From assembly GCA_963677595.1 (NCBI GenBank), contig OY782041.1, positions 832,001 to 896,000 on the forward strand: a stretch of 64,000 bases of DNA, given 5' to 3'. Under the pieces are notes generated by a model. That model saw only the letters and a list, made by a program, of their open reading frames with translations, was not told the origin of the DNA and made no database searches. This stretch comes from Spirochaetia bacterium (GTDB taxonomy: Bacteria; Spirochaetota; Spirochaetia; CAKZLE01). Numbering within the stretch: position 1 is the stretch's first letter; each line of letters opens with the position of its first letter. The position numbers were made by a program, and so were the translations under genes. Shown piece by piece: positions 30,596 to 39,460 of the stretch.

Positions 30596-32317
30596 ATGAG
30601 CATGAAAAAGCTATTGACTGTTCTATTATGTCTTTCCCTTGTACTAGGAGTCTTCATCTCCTGTTCAGGTGAAAAAGAAGAAGCTGCACCTGCAGCAACA
30701 CCTGCAGCTGAACCTGCAGCTACTCCGGCACCCGCTCCTACCCCAGCAGCCCCGGCAGCTGAGGAACCCAAGGCTGAGGAACCGGCACCGGCTCCTGCAC
30801 CAGCTCCCGAGCCAGTCGCTGCTGAACCTGCAGTATTCAAACTGGTTAACGGCGCTGAACCAGAGTCACTTGATCCGCATATGATTCAGGGTGTACCTGA
30901 GCACAGAATCTACGAATCGATCTTCGAAGGTCTCTATGCTTACGATCCTGAAACAGCAGATGCAGTTCCCGGACTCGCAGAGAGCTATGACGTAAGTGCT
31001 GACGGCACTGTATATACATTCCACCTGAGAGATGCAGTCTGGAGTGACGGCGTTGCCATCACCGCTCAGACCGTCGTTGACTCATGGCTGAGAGAACTCA
31101 ATCCTGAGACCGCTGCACCCTATGCATGGTTCCCGTCAATGTTCGTTGCCGGTGCCGCTGAGTACAACGGTGGTTCAGCAGGTCCTGAAGCTGTCAAGAT
31201 CAAGGCCCTCGATGACATGACCTTCCAGATGGAACTCATCGGACCTCTCCCCTACGTCCTCGGTGCACTCCCCCACTACTCATTCGCAGTAGTTCCGCTG
31301 CATGCGATCGAGAAGTACGGCGATGCATGGACATCACCTGAGAACTTCGTAGGTAACGGTCCTTTCACTCTCAACGAATGGAAGCCCCAGCAGTATATCT
31401 CAGTCGTTCCTAACGAGACTTACTGGGATGCTGATGCAGTACAGCTCGACGAAGTCATCTACTACGCAATCGACGACAACAACACCGGGTACAACATGTA
31501 CCTCAACGGTGAGGTTGACTGGATGACCACTGTTCCTAACGACCAGATCGAAGCTGCCCAGATGAGGGATGACTACAAGGCTAACCCACAGCTGGCTACA
31601 TACTACTATGTATTCCAGGTTGAGAAGGCTCCCTTCGATGACGTGAACGTCCGAAAGGCATTCTCACTTGCTATCGACCGAGAAGCCCTGGTAGACCAGG
31701 TCCTCCGATCAGGCCAGATCCCTGCAGTAGGTATCGTTCCTCCGATGACTGGTTATGACGGTCTCGGCTACCCGGAACAGGATATCAAGGCTGCTCGAGA
31801 ACTCCTTGCAGATGCAGGCTATCCTAACGGTGTCGGCTTCCCCAAGACTGTTCTTCTGTACAACACTTCAGAAGGTCATAAGAAGATCGGTGAGTTCCTC
31901 CAGCAGGAATGGGAGAAGAACCTCAACGTAACCATCGAACTCGAAAACCAGGAATGGGGTACCTACCTCACCAACAGGAACGAGGGTAACTTCCAGTTCT
32001 CAAGGGCTGGATGGGTCGGTGACTACCAGGATCCGAACACCTTCCTCGATATGTTCATCACCGGCGCAGGCATGAACGGTGGTCAGTACTCCAACGATGA
32101 TTACGACACACTGATCAGCCAGGCTGCACGAATGGATCCGGGTGCTGCACGATTCGCAACCCTCCTTTCTGCAGAGAACATCATCATCAACGAAGACATG
32201 GCTATCATGCCACTCTACTACTACGTTACTCTCAACATGATCGACACTGACAAGTGGGGCGGCTGGTTTACAAACACCATGGACTACCACCCAACCAAGG
32301 ACATCTACCTGAAATAG
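30596..32317 (+). CDS. oppA: Oligopeptide ABC transporter substrate-binding lipoprotein OppA
   Basis: Lipobox FISC, Pro/Ala/Glu linker, EPESLDP, WSDG, GNGPF, RAGWVGDYQDP. Confidence 0.93.
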   Translation: MSMKKLLTVLLCLSLVLGVFISCSGEKEEAAPAATPAAEPAATPAPAPTPAAPAAEEPKAEEPAPAPAPAPEPVAAEPAVFKLVNGAEPESLDPHMIQGVPEHRIYESIFEGLYAYDPETADAVPGLAESYDVSADGTVYTFHLRDAVWSDGVAITAQTVVDSWLRELNPETAAPYAWFPSMFVAGAAEYNGGSAGPEAVKIKALDDMTFQMELIGPLPYVLGALPHYSFAVVPLHAIEKYGDAWTSPENFVGNGPFTLNEWKPQQYISVVPNETYWDADAVQLDEVIYYAIDDNNTGYNMYLNGEVDWMTTVPNDQIEAAQMRDDYKANPQLATYYYVFQVEKAPFDDVNVRKAFSLAIDREALVDQVLRSGQIPAVGIVPPMTGYDGLGYPEQDIKAARELLADAGYPNGVGFPKTVLLYNTSEGHKKIGEFLQQEWEKNLNVTIELENQEWGTYLTNRNEGNFQFSRAGWVGDYQDPNTFLDMFITGAGMNGGQYSNDDYDTLISQAARMDPGAARFATLLSAENIIINEDMAIMPLYYYVTLNMIDTDKWGGWFTNTMDYHPTKDIYLK

Positions 32318-32348
32318 TCAGTAGATAGTTAAGTTAGATTGATTATCG

Positions 32349-32376
32349 GCGGATCACTTCGGTGGTCCGCTTTTTT
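32349..32376 (+). terminator. Intrinsic terminator of oppA
   Basis: GCGGATCAC-TTCG-GTGGTCCGC followed by TTTTTT. Confidence 0.9.
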
Positions 32377-32439
32377 GTGCTCTTAGAACAAGGTTTACTG
32401 TTTTGGCTAGACTTGTTATTACTAGATGAAACTTGGGCT

Positions 32440-33780
32440 TTATCGACTGATCCGCTCCAAAGCGATCCGAATCAGGCGGTCTGTCTGGTCTGCAAGGAAC
32501 AGCGGGATGTTCAGAACTGTCCCGTCGAGATGAAGGTTCTTAAGAGAATAGCGGATACGCAGTCTTGTGGTATCAGCAAAGAGCTTCCCATAGGTATTCA
32601 AACTTGGGCTTGCGACCTGCACCCCGGCTTTCACTTCCACCGGGAAGATATCATTGTCCCTCTGGAGGATGAAATCAACCTCGGCACGCGATCTCCCATC
32701 GTTCCAATAGCGCAGCGGGACTTCATAGATGTGGCTGAGAGCCTGCAGGATATAGTTCTCGGTCAAGGCCCCCTTGAACTCAGTGAACAGCCTGTTCCCT
32801 TCCCCGAAAGCTGCAGGAGAAAGCAGTGAAAGCTTCCTGAGGAGGCCGGTATCAACCAGATACAGTTTGAATGCTGACAGGTCATCATAGGCCGTCAGCG
32901 GTAATCGGGGAGTTGATGACCGATACACCCGTTTGACCAGGCCTGCTGCGTTCAACCACTGCAGTGCATCCTCATATTCCCGTGCCCGTGCCCCCTGCTT
33001 GATCAGCTGGTATACGAACTTCTTGTTCTCCTTAGCCAACTGCGAAGGTATTGACCGCCAAGCCAGCGAGATCTTCGGGAACTCCCTGCGGTCCGGGTAT
33101 TTCATGAAGTCCCGTTCATACATCTCGAGTATATTGCTTAAGCCCGATTGGATGAGTGCTATATCCTTCTCCGTTGCCCACCGGTACACAGCTTCAGGCA
33201 TCCCGCCTATGATGAAGTATGCTTTCAACTGATCATATAGCCGGCTGAACAGCACTTCAGGAACAGGATCGAATTCCTGTATCGACTCGCAATACTCCCT
33301 GAGGCTGTCCTCCCCGCATGCGGAAAGGAATTCTGAAAATGTCATGGGGTCCATGTGCAGGATATCGACCTTCCCGACGGGGAATGAAGTCGGTTGTGAA
33401 AGGTAGACTCCCAGCAGGGAACCGGCACAGACGACATGATACCCCGGGGCCTGCTCACAAAAATATTTTAACGATGTTACGGCCTCAGGGCATGCCTGGA
33501 TCTCATCAAGGATGATCAGGCTGCTCTGTTCCTTGATGACTACCCCTAACGTGAATCTCAAGGTATTCAGGATACGCTCAGGCTCCCTTGTCGCTGAGAA
33601 TACCTGCTTCAGGTCCGGGTTCTCCTCAAAATTGACATAGGCGACCTGTTCATACCAGCGTGCCCCGAACTCTCTCAACAACCAGGTCTTACCGACCTGA
33701 CGTACCCCCTGAAGGATCAGGGGCTTCCTGAATCTTGAGTCCTTCCACTGTACCAGCTTTTGCAGGATATCGCGTTCCAT
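32440..33780 (-). CDS. AAA_14 ATPase with DUF4143 domain
   Basis: KPLILQGVRQVGKT, ILDEIQ, AGSLLG, GGMPE, KLYLVDTGLL, ENY, EVDF...PVEVK nuclease-like tail; start ATG 33780. Confidence 0.92.
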   Translation of the reverse strand: MERDILQKLVQWKDSRFRKPLILQGVRQVGKTWLLREFGARWYEQVAYVNFEENPDLKQVFSATREPERILNTLRFTLGVVIKEQSSLIILDEIQACPEAVTSLKYFCEQAPGYHVVCAGSLLGVYLSQPTSFPVGKVDILHMDPMTFSEFLSACGEDSLREYCESIQEFDPVPEVLFSRLYDQLKAYFIIGGMPEAVYRWATEKDIALIQSGLSNILEMYERDFMKYPDRREFPKISLAWRSIPSQLAKENKKFVYQLIKQGARAREYEDALQWLNAAGLVKRVYRSSTPRLPLTAYDDLSAFKLYLVDTGLLRKLSLLSPAAFGEGNRLFTEFKGALTENYILQALSHIYEVPLRYWNDGRSRAEVDFILQRDNDIFPVEVKAGVQVASPSLNTYGKLFADTTRLRIRYSLKNLHLDGTVLNIPLFLADQTDRLIRIALERISR

Positions 33781-33787
33781 ACTGCTG

Positions 33788-33816
33788 ATTATAGGCTCAT
33801 TCTGACCTTCTGTCAA
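33788..33816 (-). promoter_or_regulatory. Consensus sigma-70 promoter (leaderless) of the AAA-DUF4143 gene
   Basis: TTGACA-17-TATAAT, 7 nt before the ATG. Confidence 0.85.
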
Positions 33817-33821
33817 AAGTT

Positions 33822-33879
33822 ATCACATTATTCGCCACGATTATGTGGAAATAATCACACTTTTTCCGATAATTATGTG
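33822..33879. repeat. Two 26-bp units at 32-bp period (left block)
   Basis: ATCACATTATTCGCCACGATTATGTG and ATCACACTTTTTCCGATAATTATGTG. Confidence 0.85.
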
Positions 33880-33953
33880 TTTGTTTCAGAACCCTAGAAA
33901 TATTGTTCTCCAAAGACAAATTCGTTTGCTGCTCTATTGCATTTACGTACGTA

Positions 33954-33988
33954 TTGCTTTAAATCTATTTCAGTTGTACAATGTACAT
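33954..33988 (+). promoter_or_regulatory. Toxin-antitoxin promoter/operator
   Basis: TTGCTT-17-TACAAT, overlapped by two TGTACA hexamers (33975-80, 33982-87). Confidence 0.7.
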
Positions 33989-34381
33989 ATGTTGGTTTTA
34001 GTTGATGCAAACATATATTTAGCGGTAATCCTTGATGAACCAGAAAAGGGCAGAATCATTGAGGCAACACAAGAAGATGACCTGATATCACCGGTTGTTT
34101 TACCTTTCGAAATTGGGAATGCTCTTTCTGCTATGTTCAAGCGGAATAGATTACATAGAAAACAGATAATCGAATGCTATTCAATCTTTCAAAAAATTCC
34201 GGTCCGACTGATTGATGTTAATATTCAAGCATCATTGAAGATTGCAGTAGATTATGGAATTTATGCTTATGATGCTTACTATTTAGAAATTGCAAAGCGG
34301 TTTACATGCAGCTTATTGAGTTTAGATAAACGTATGCAGGAAGTGGCTGCCGATCTTGGTATTCACGTATTGGAGGTTTAA
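33989..34381 (+). CDS. vapC: PIN-domain (VapC-family) toxin
   Basis: MLVLVDAN, FEIGNAL, YAYDAYYL, LLSLDKRM acidic PIN residues; 130 aa. Confidence 0.88.
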   Translation: MLVLVDANIYLAVILDEPEKGRIIEATQEDDLISPVVLPFEIGNALSAMFKRNRLHRKQIIECYSIFQKIPVRLIDVNIQASLKIAVDYGIYAYDAYYLEIAKRFTCSLLSLDKRMQEVAADLGIHVLEV

Positions 34382-34609
34382 TTGAGAGTTTTCAATTATT
34401 CAGAAGCAAGACAGAATTTCGCCTCAATTTTAAATTTGTCATTAGAAGAAGATGTGATCATTGCAAAGAAAGATGGAAGTAGGTACAAGATTGTCCCGCT
34501 CAGAGAAAAAGAACGTAAATCCCCATTTGATATAGCTGGAATTTCTAGTACGATAACTACTGAAGAGATTCTTGATATCATACGTGAGACACGTGAGAGC
34601 AACGGATAA
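34382..34609 (+). CDS. Phd/YefM-family antitoxin
   Basis: FNYSEARQNFASILN...DVIIAKKDG; TTG start with a GGAGG SD in the end of the toxin gene. Confidence 0.85.
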   Translation: MRVFNYSEARQNFASILNLSLEEDVIIAKKDGSRYKIVPLREKERKSPFDIAGISSTITTEEILDIIRETRESNG

Positions 34610-34650
34610 GATTCCGCTGGAGAACTGTCTTAAGAAGCTATGCTTCTCCA

Positions 34651-34708
34651 TAACAATTTTTTGCTACGATAATATGGTGTTTATCACACTTTTCCCAATA
34701 ATTATGTG
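34651..34708. repeat. Two 26-bp units at 32-bp period (right block)
   Basis: TAACAATTTTTTGCTACGATAATATG and ATCACACTTTTCCCAATAATTATGTG; the latter is 24/26 identical to 33854-33879. Confidence 0.8.
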
Positions 34709-34742
34709 ATCACTTTATTCTGTCAACAGTGTCCGGGCATAG

Positions 34743-34768
34743 TGAAGCCGCCCTCTCGGGCGGCTTCA
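34743..34768 (-). terminator. Terminator-like hairpin after ilvB
   Basis: TGAAGCCGCCC-N4-GGGCGGCTTCA; weak U tract. Confidence 0.65.
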
Positions 34769-34793
34769 TCGTGTGATTGATCTCTCTTACTCC

Positions 34794-36488
34794 CTAGTTC
34801 CCGATATCATCCATGATGGGGTCCACGGAGAGTATCACATCCTCTATAGGAGCCCCAGGAGCGACCATGGGGAACGCTTTATCATCGATCGGTATCTCGC
34901 AGTCGATAAGGACCGGTCCGTTCGCTGAGAGCGCTTCTCGCAGTGCTGGCTCGATCTCTTCGGTGGCACTCAGGCGCATGCCCTTCACCCCGAAGGCCTC
35001 TGCGAGCTTGACCCAGTCGATCGGGTGATCGAGGGTGGTTGCCGCATACCGCTTCTCATAGAAGAGCGTCTGCCACTGCCGAACCATACCCAGGGTGTGG
35101 TTGTTCAGCAGGACGATGACCACCGGTATGTTGTATTTCGCGAGGGTCCCGAGCTCGTTGCAGTTCATCTGGAACGAACCGTCTCCCGCTATGCTCACGA
35201 CCTTCTTGTCAGGCATCCCCATCTGGGCACCCATCGCCGCACCGGTGCCGAAGCCCATGGTCCCCAGCCCACCGGAGGTGACGAAGGTTCCCGGCTTGGA
35301 GAACTTGTAGAACTGGGCGACCCACATCTGGTGCTGCCCTACCTCGGTCACGATGATGTCATCCTCGGCGAGCAGTTCATGGAGCTTCACGATGATGTCC
35401 CGAGGCCGCTTGTTCTCGGTGGTAACCCTGATCGGGTACTTCACCTTCCAGGCCTGGATCTGGTCCATCCACTCCTTGTGGTCATAGGTCCCTTCCATGA
35501 GACTGTTCATCCTCTCGAGGACGACCTTGACATCACCGATCACGTGGTGATAGGTCTTGATGTTCTTGTTGATCTCAGCCGGGTCGATGTCGATGTGCAG
35601 GATCTTCGCGTTCATCGCGAACCGGTCAGCACGGCTGACGACACGGTCGCTGAAACGAGCACCGATAACGATCAGCAGGTCCGACCGTGATACCGACATG
35701 TTCGAGACCTTCGACCCGTGCATACCGATCATACCGGTATACTGGTCATGAGCAGCAGGGAACGCGCCCTTGCCCATGAGCGATACCCCGACCGGTGCCT
35801 GGACCTTCTCAGCAAACTCGAAGAGTTCCTCTGATGCCTTGGAACAGATGACCCCGCCGCCGACGAAGATGAACGGCTTCTTCGCTTCCTTGATCAGTTT
35901 GAGGGCTTCTTCGATCTCATCATCCTGCACGAGTTCGGCATGACGCTCGATCTCCTTCGGCTCCTGGTACTCATAGTCAGCTTCGAGGGCCGTGACATCC
36001 TTCGGGATATCGATGAGGACAGGACCGGGTCGTCCTTCCTGTGCAATGTAGAAGGCCTCACGGATCGTGTCAGCAAGCTGTGAGACATCCTTGACGATGT
36101 AGTTGTGTTTGGTGATCGGCATCGTCACCCCCGCGATATCGACCTCCTGGAAGCTGTCCTTGCCCAGCAGCGGGACCGGGACGTTACCGGTGATCGCCAC
36201 CATCGGGGACGAGTCCATATACGCTGTCGCGATGCCTGTCACCAGGTTTGTGGCCCCCGGGCCTGAGGTGGCGATACAGACGCCGACCTTCCCGGTCGCC
36301 CTCGCATAGCCATCAGCGGCATGGGCTGCCCCCTGCTCGTGGGCTGTCAGGATATGCTTGATCCTGTCGCTGTTCTTGTAGAGTTCATCATAGATGTTCA
36401 GGACCGCACCACCCGGAAAACCGAAGACGGTATCGACACCCTGCTCCTTCAGACATTCTATAAGGATTCTCGCTCCTCTCATTCTCAT
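34794..36488 (-). CDS. ilvB: Acetolactate synthase large subunit
   Basis: FGFPGGA, HEQGAAHAADGYAR, TSGPGATN, TSGGLGTMG, GDGSFQMN, LGMVRQWQ. Confidence 0.97.
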   Translation of the reverse strand: MRMRGARILIECLKEQGVDTVFGFPGGAVLNIYDELYKNSDRIKHILTAHEQGAAHAADGYARATGKVGVCIATSGPGATNLVTGIATAYMDSSPMVAITGNVPVPLLGKDSFQEVDIAGVTMPITKHNYIVKDVSQLADTIREAFYIAQEGRPGPVLIDIPKDVTALEADYEYQEPKEIERHAELVQDDEIEEALKLIKEAKKPFIFVGGGVICSKASEELFEFAEKVQAPVGVSLMGKGAFPAAHDQYTGMIGMHGSKVSNMSVSRSDLLIVIGARFSDRVVSRADRFAMNAKILHIDIDPAEINKNIKTYHHVIGDVKVVLERMNSLMEGTYDHKEWMDQIQAWKVKYPIRVTTENKRPRDIIVKLHELLAEDDIIVTEVGQHQMWVAQFYKFSKPGTFVTSGGLGTMGFGTGAAMGAQMGMPDKKVVSIAGDGSFQMNCNELGTLAKYNIPVVIVLLNNHTLGMVRQWQTLFYEKRYAATTLDHPIDWVKLAEAFGVKGMRLSATEEIEPALREALSANGPVLIDCEIPIDDKAFPMVAPGAPIEDVILSVDPIMDDIGN

Positions 36489-36671
36489 ACATCACTCCTT
36501 TGGGCAGATCGTCAGGATCGCGATCCATCCGATTCGCCATGGAAGTTTTTCATTCATACTCACACCATCAATATAGTCAGTAATCACGAAAAAACAAAAA
36601 ACTTCTTCTCAGTGGAAAGGAATCCCTTGTGGAGTTCCTCCCTCTTACATACCTAGGACGATGACAGCTTC

Positions 36672-38336
36672 CTAAAACTTGAAAACTGCCCCAGTACTTG
36701 CAGATGTCACCATCTTCGCATATCGGGCAAGGTAGCCTTCGACCTTTCTCGGTTCAGGCTGTACCCAGGCCTCTTTACGTGCCTGCAGCTCAGCATCTGT
36801 AATATCGAGCTGGATCAGGCCGTTCGGGATGTCGATGTTGATCGTGTCCCCCTCCTGTACGAGTCCGATCGGTCCGCCCTCTGCCGCTTCCGGCGAGATG
36901 TGGCCGATGGATGCCCCGCGGGTAGCGCCGCTGAACCGTCCGTCGGTGATGAGCGCGACATCCTTGTCGAGGCCCATCCCCGCGATAGCGGAGGTCGGGG
37001 AGAGCATCTCCCTCATCCCGGGACCGCCCTTTGGTCCCTCGTAGCGGATGACGACGACATCACCCTTGTTGATCTTCCCGCCGAGGATCGCCTCATTGAC
37101 AGCCTCCTCAGACTCGAAGACCCGGGCAGGGCCGCTGTGCTTGAGCATCTCCTTCGCCACGGCTGACTGCTTCACGACACAGCCGTCCGGCGCGATATTC
37201 CCCTTGAGGACCGCGATACCGCCGGTCACGCTCCAGGGAGCGTCGATCGGCTTGATGACGTTCGTGTTGCGGTTCACGGCACTGCTGATGTTTTCAGCCA
37301 CGGTCTTACCCGTTACCGTGATGCAGTCGAGGTTGAGAAGGTCCTTCTTCGAGAGCTCCTTCATGACTGCCTGCACACCGCCGGCAGCATAGAGGTCCTC
37401 GATATGGTCATCGCCCGCGGGGGAGAGATGGCAGAGGTTCGGGGTCTTCGCCGACACTGCGTTCGCGATATCGATGTTCAGGGTGACCCCTGCCTCATGT
37501 GCGATCGCGGGGAGGTGCAGCATGCTGTTGGTACTGCAGCCGAGGGCCATGTCCACTGCGAGTGCGTTCATGAACGCCTTCTCGGTCATGATGTCCCTCG
37601 GCCTGATGTCCGCTTTCAGCACTTCCATCACCTGGTGTCCCGCCTCCTTGGCAAGCCTGTCGCGTTCAGAGTAGACTGCGGGGATCGTCCCGTTCCCGGG
37701 AAGCCCGAGTCCAAGTACCTCAGTAAGGCAGTTCATGCTGTTCGCCGTGAACATTCCTGAACAGGACCCGCAGGTCGGGCAGGCATTATTCTCATAGGAT
37801 TTGAGTTCTTCCTCAGTCATCTTTCCGGCTGAATACGCCCCTACAGCCTCGAAGGTCGTGGAGAGGCTGAACGCCCCCCGTTTATCGTGGTGACCTGCCA
37901 GCATGGCACCGCCACTGACGACGACGGTCGGTATGTTCAATCGTGCGGCAGCCATCAGCATGCCCGGCACGACCTTGTCGCAGTTCGGGATCATGACCAG
38001 TGCATCGAAGGCATGGGCCATTGCCACAGCCTCGATGGAGTCGGCGATCAGCTCCCTGGTACAGAGGGAATAGCGCATCCCCTCATGCCCCATGGCGATG
38101 CCGTCGCAGACACCGATCGCGGGGAACTCCATGGGAGTCCCCCCATTGGCACGGACGCCAGCCTTGACGGCATCAACGATCCTCTGCAGGTGGATATGGC
38201 CAGGTATGATCTCATTCTTCGAGTTCACGATCCCGATGAATGGTTTCTCTATCTCACGGTCAGTAAGACCGAGGGCCTTCAGCAGTGACCTGTGCGGTGC
38301 ACGGGTCACCCCTTTCTTTGCTCTGTCACTTCTCAT
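36672..38336 (-). CDS. ilvD: Dihydroxy-acid dehydratase
   Basis: [45 protein letters not shown]. Confidence 0.98.
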   Translation of the reverse strand: MRSDRAKKGVTRAPHRSLLKALGLTDREIEKPFIGIVNSKNEIIPGHIHLQRIVDAVKAGVRANGGTPMEFPAIGVCDGIAMGHEGMRYSLCTRELIADSIEAVAMAHAFDALVMIPNCDKVVPGMLMAAARLNIPTVVVSGGAMLAGHHDKRGAFSLSTTFEAVGAYSAGKMTEEELKSYENNACPTCGSCSGMFTANSMNCLTEVLGLGLPGNGTIPAVYSERDRLAKEAGHQVMEVLKADIRPRDIMTEKAFMNALAVDMALGCSTNSMLHLPAIAHEAGVTLNIDIANAVSAKTPNLCHLSPAGDDHIEDLYAAGGVQAVMKELSKKDLLNLDCITVTGKTVAENISSAVNRNTNVIKPIDAPWSVTGGIAVLKGNIAPDGCVVKQSAVAKEMLKHSGPARVFESEEAVNEAILGGKINKGDVVVIRYEGPKGGPGMREMLSPTSAIAGMGLDKDVALITDGRFSGATRGASIGHISPEAAEGGPIGLVQEGDTINIDIPNGLIQLDITDAELQARKEAWVQPEPRKVEGYLARYAKMVTSASTGAVFKF

Positions 38337-38348
38337 ATCATGCTTCTC

Positions 38349-39419
38349 CTATAACGCTTCGCGTATCAGACGGCCCATCTCGGCAGTCCCGATGAGCTTC
38401 ATCCCGTCACTCATGATGTCCCCGGTCCGGTATCCGTTCTCCAGGGCATTGTCTACAGCCTTCTCGATATCGGCAGCCTCCTCGAGGAGCCCGAAGGTAT
38501 AGCGGAGCATCATAGCCACGGACAGGATCGTCGCGATCGGGTTGGCCTTATCCATCCCGGCGATGTCGGGGGCTGAGCCGTGTACCGGCTCGTAGAGCCC
38601 GAAGCTTCCCTCCCCGAGGCTGGCCGATGGGAGCATCCCGATCGAGCCGGTGATCATGCTCGCCTCGTCGGAGAGGATATCCCCGAACATGTTGGTCGTG
38701 ACGATCACGTCGAACTGGTGCGGGTTGCGAACCAGCTGCATGGAGGCGTTGTCCACATACATGTGGTTGAGCGTCACTTCGGGGTAATCCTTAGCGACCT
38801 CTTCCACGACTGCCCTCCATAACCTCGAACTCTCGAGGATGTTCGCCTTATCGACGCTGGTCACCCGCTTGTCGCGCTTCATCGCGATCTCGAATGCCAG
38901 CTTCGCTATCCTTCTGATCTCAGGTTCAGTATAGGCGAGGGTATCATAGGCCTTGGTGCCGGAGGGGAGTTCCTCCCTACCCTTCTCGCCGAAGTAGATA
39001 CCGCCGGTCAGCTCACGGACGACGCAGATGTCGAGTCCGTCACCGATGATGTCGGGACGAAGAGGGCAGGCATCGATGAGCTGCTTGTAGAGGATGGCAG
39101 GTCTCAGGTTGGCATAGAGCCCAAGTCCGGCGCGGAGCCCGAGCAGGGCCTGTTCCGGCCGCTTGCTCCCCTCGAGGTCATCCCACTTCGGTCCGCCCAC
39201 GGCACCGAGGAGGACTGCATCACTTGCCTTGCAGGTATCAAGGGTCTCCTGCGGCAAGGGGATGCCGTGCACATCGAGGGCTGCACCCCCGGCAAGCACT
39301 TCGGTGTAGCTGAAGGAGTGGCCGAACTTCTCCCCGATCATGTCGAGGACGAGCTTGGCCTCCTTCACGATATCGGGGCCGATCCCGTCTCCGGGTACTA
39401 CTGCAATCTGTATGTCCAT
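38349..39419 (-). CDS. leuB: 3-isopropylmalate dehydrogenase
   Basis: [39 protein letters not shown]. Confidence 0.97.
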   Translation of the reverse strand: MDIQIAVVPGDGIGPDIVKEAKLVLDMIGEKFGHSFSYTEVLAGGAALDVHGIPLPQETLDTCKASDAVLLGAVGGPKWDDLEGSKRPEQALLGLRAGLGLYANLRPAILYKQLIDACPLRPDIIGDGLDICVVRELTGGIYFGEKGREELPSGTKAYDTLAYTEPEIRRIAKLAFEIAMKRDKRVTSVDKANILESSRLWRAVVEEVAKDYPEVTLNHMYVDNASMQLVRNPHQFDVIVTTNMFGDILSDEASMITGSIGMLPSASLGEGSFGLYEPVHGSAPDIAGMDKANPIATILSVAMMLRYTFGLLEEAADIEKAVDNALENGYRTGDIMSDGMKLIGTAEMGRLIREAL

Positions 39420-39460
39420 ATCTCTTTTCTCCTTATCAAGAATATCTATTCGTCAGCCGC

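Noticed and set aside
33845-33988. ORF-track N-terminal extension of the PIN toxin
   Set aside because: It spans the repeats and promoter; the PIN fold begins at MLVLVDAN (33989).
33822-34708. 32-bp-period repeats as a CRISPR array or canonical dif/attC sites
   Set aside because: Only 6-bp gaps, degenerate units and no cas genes; TTATGT resembles a XerD arm but the canonical XerC arm/6-bp spacing and attC R boxes are absent.
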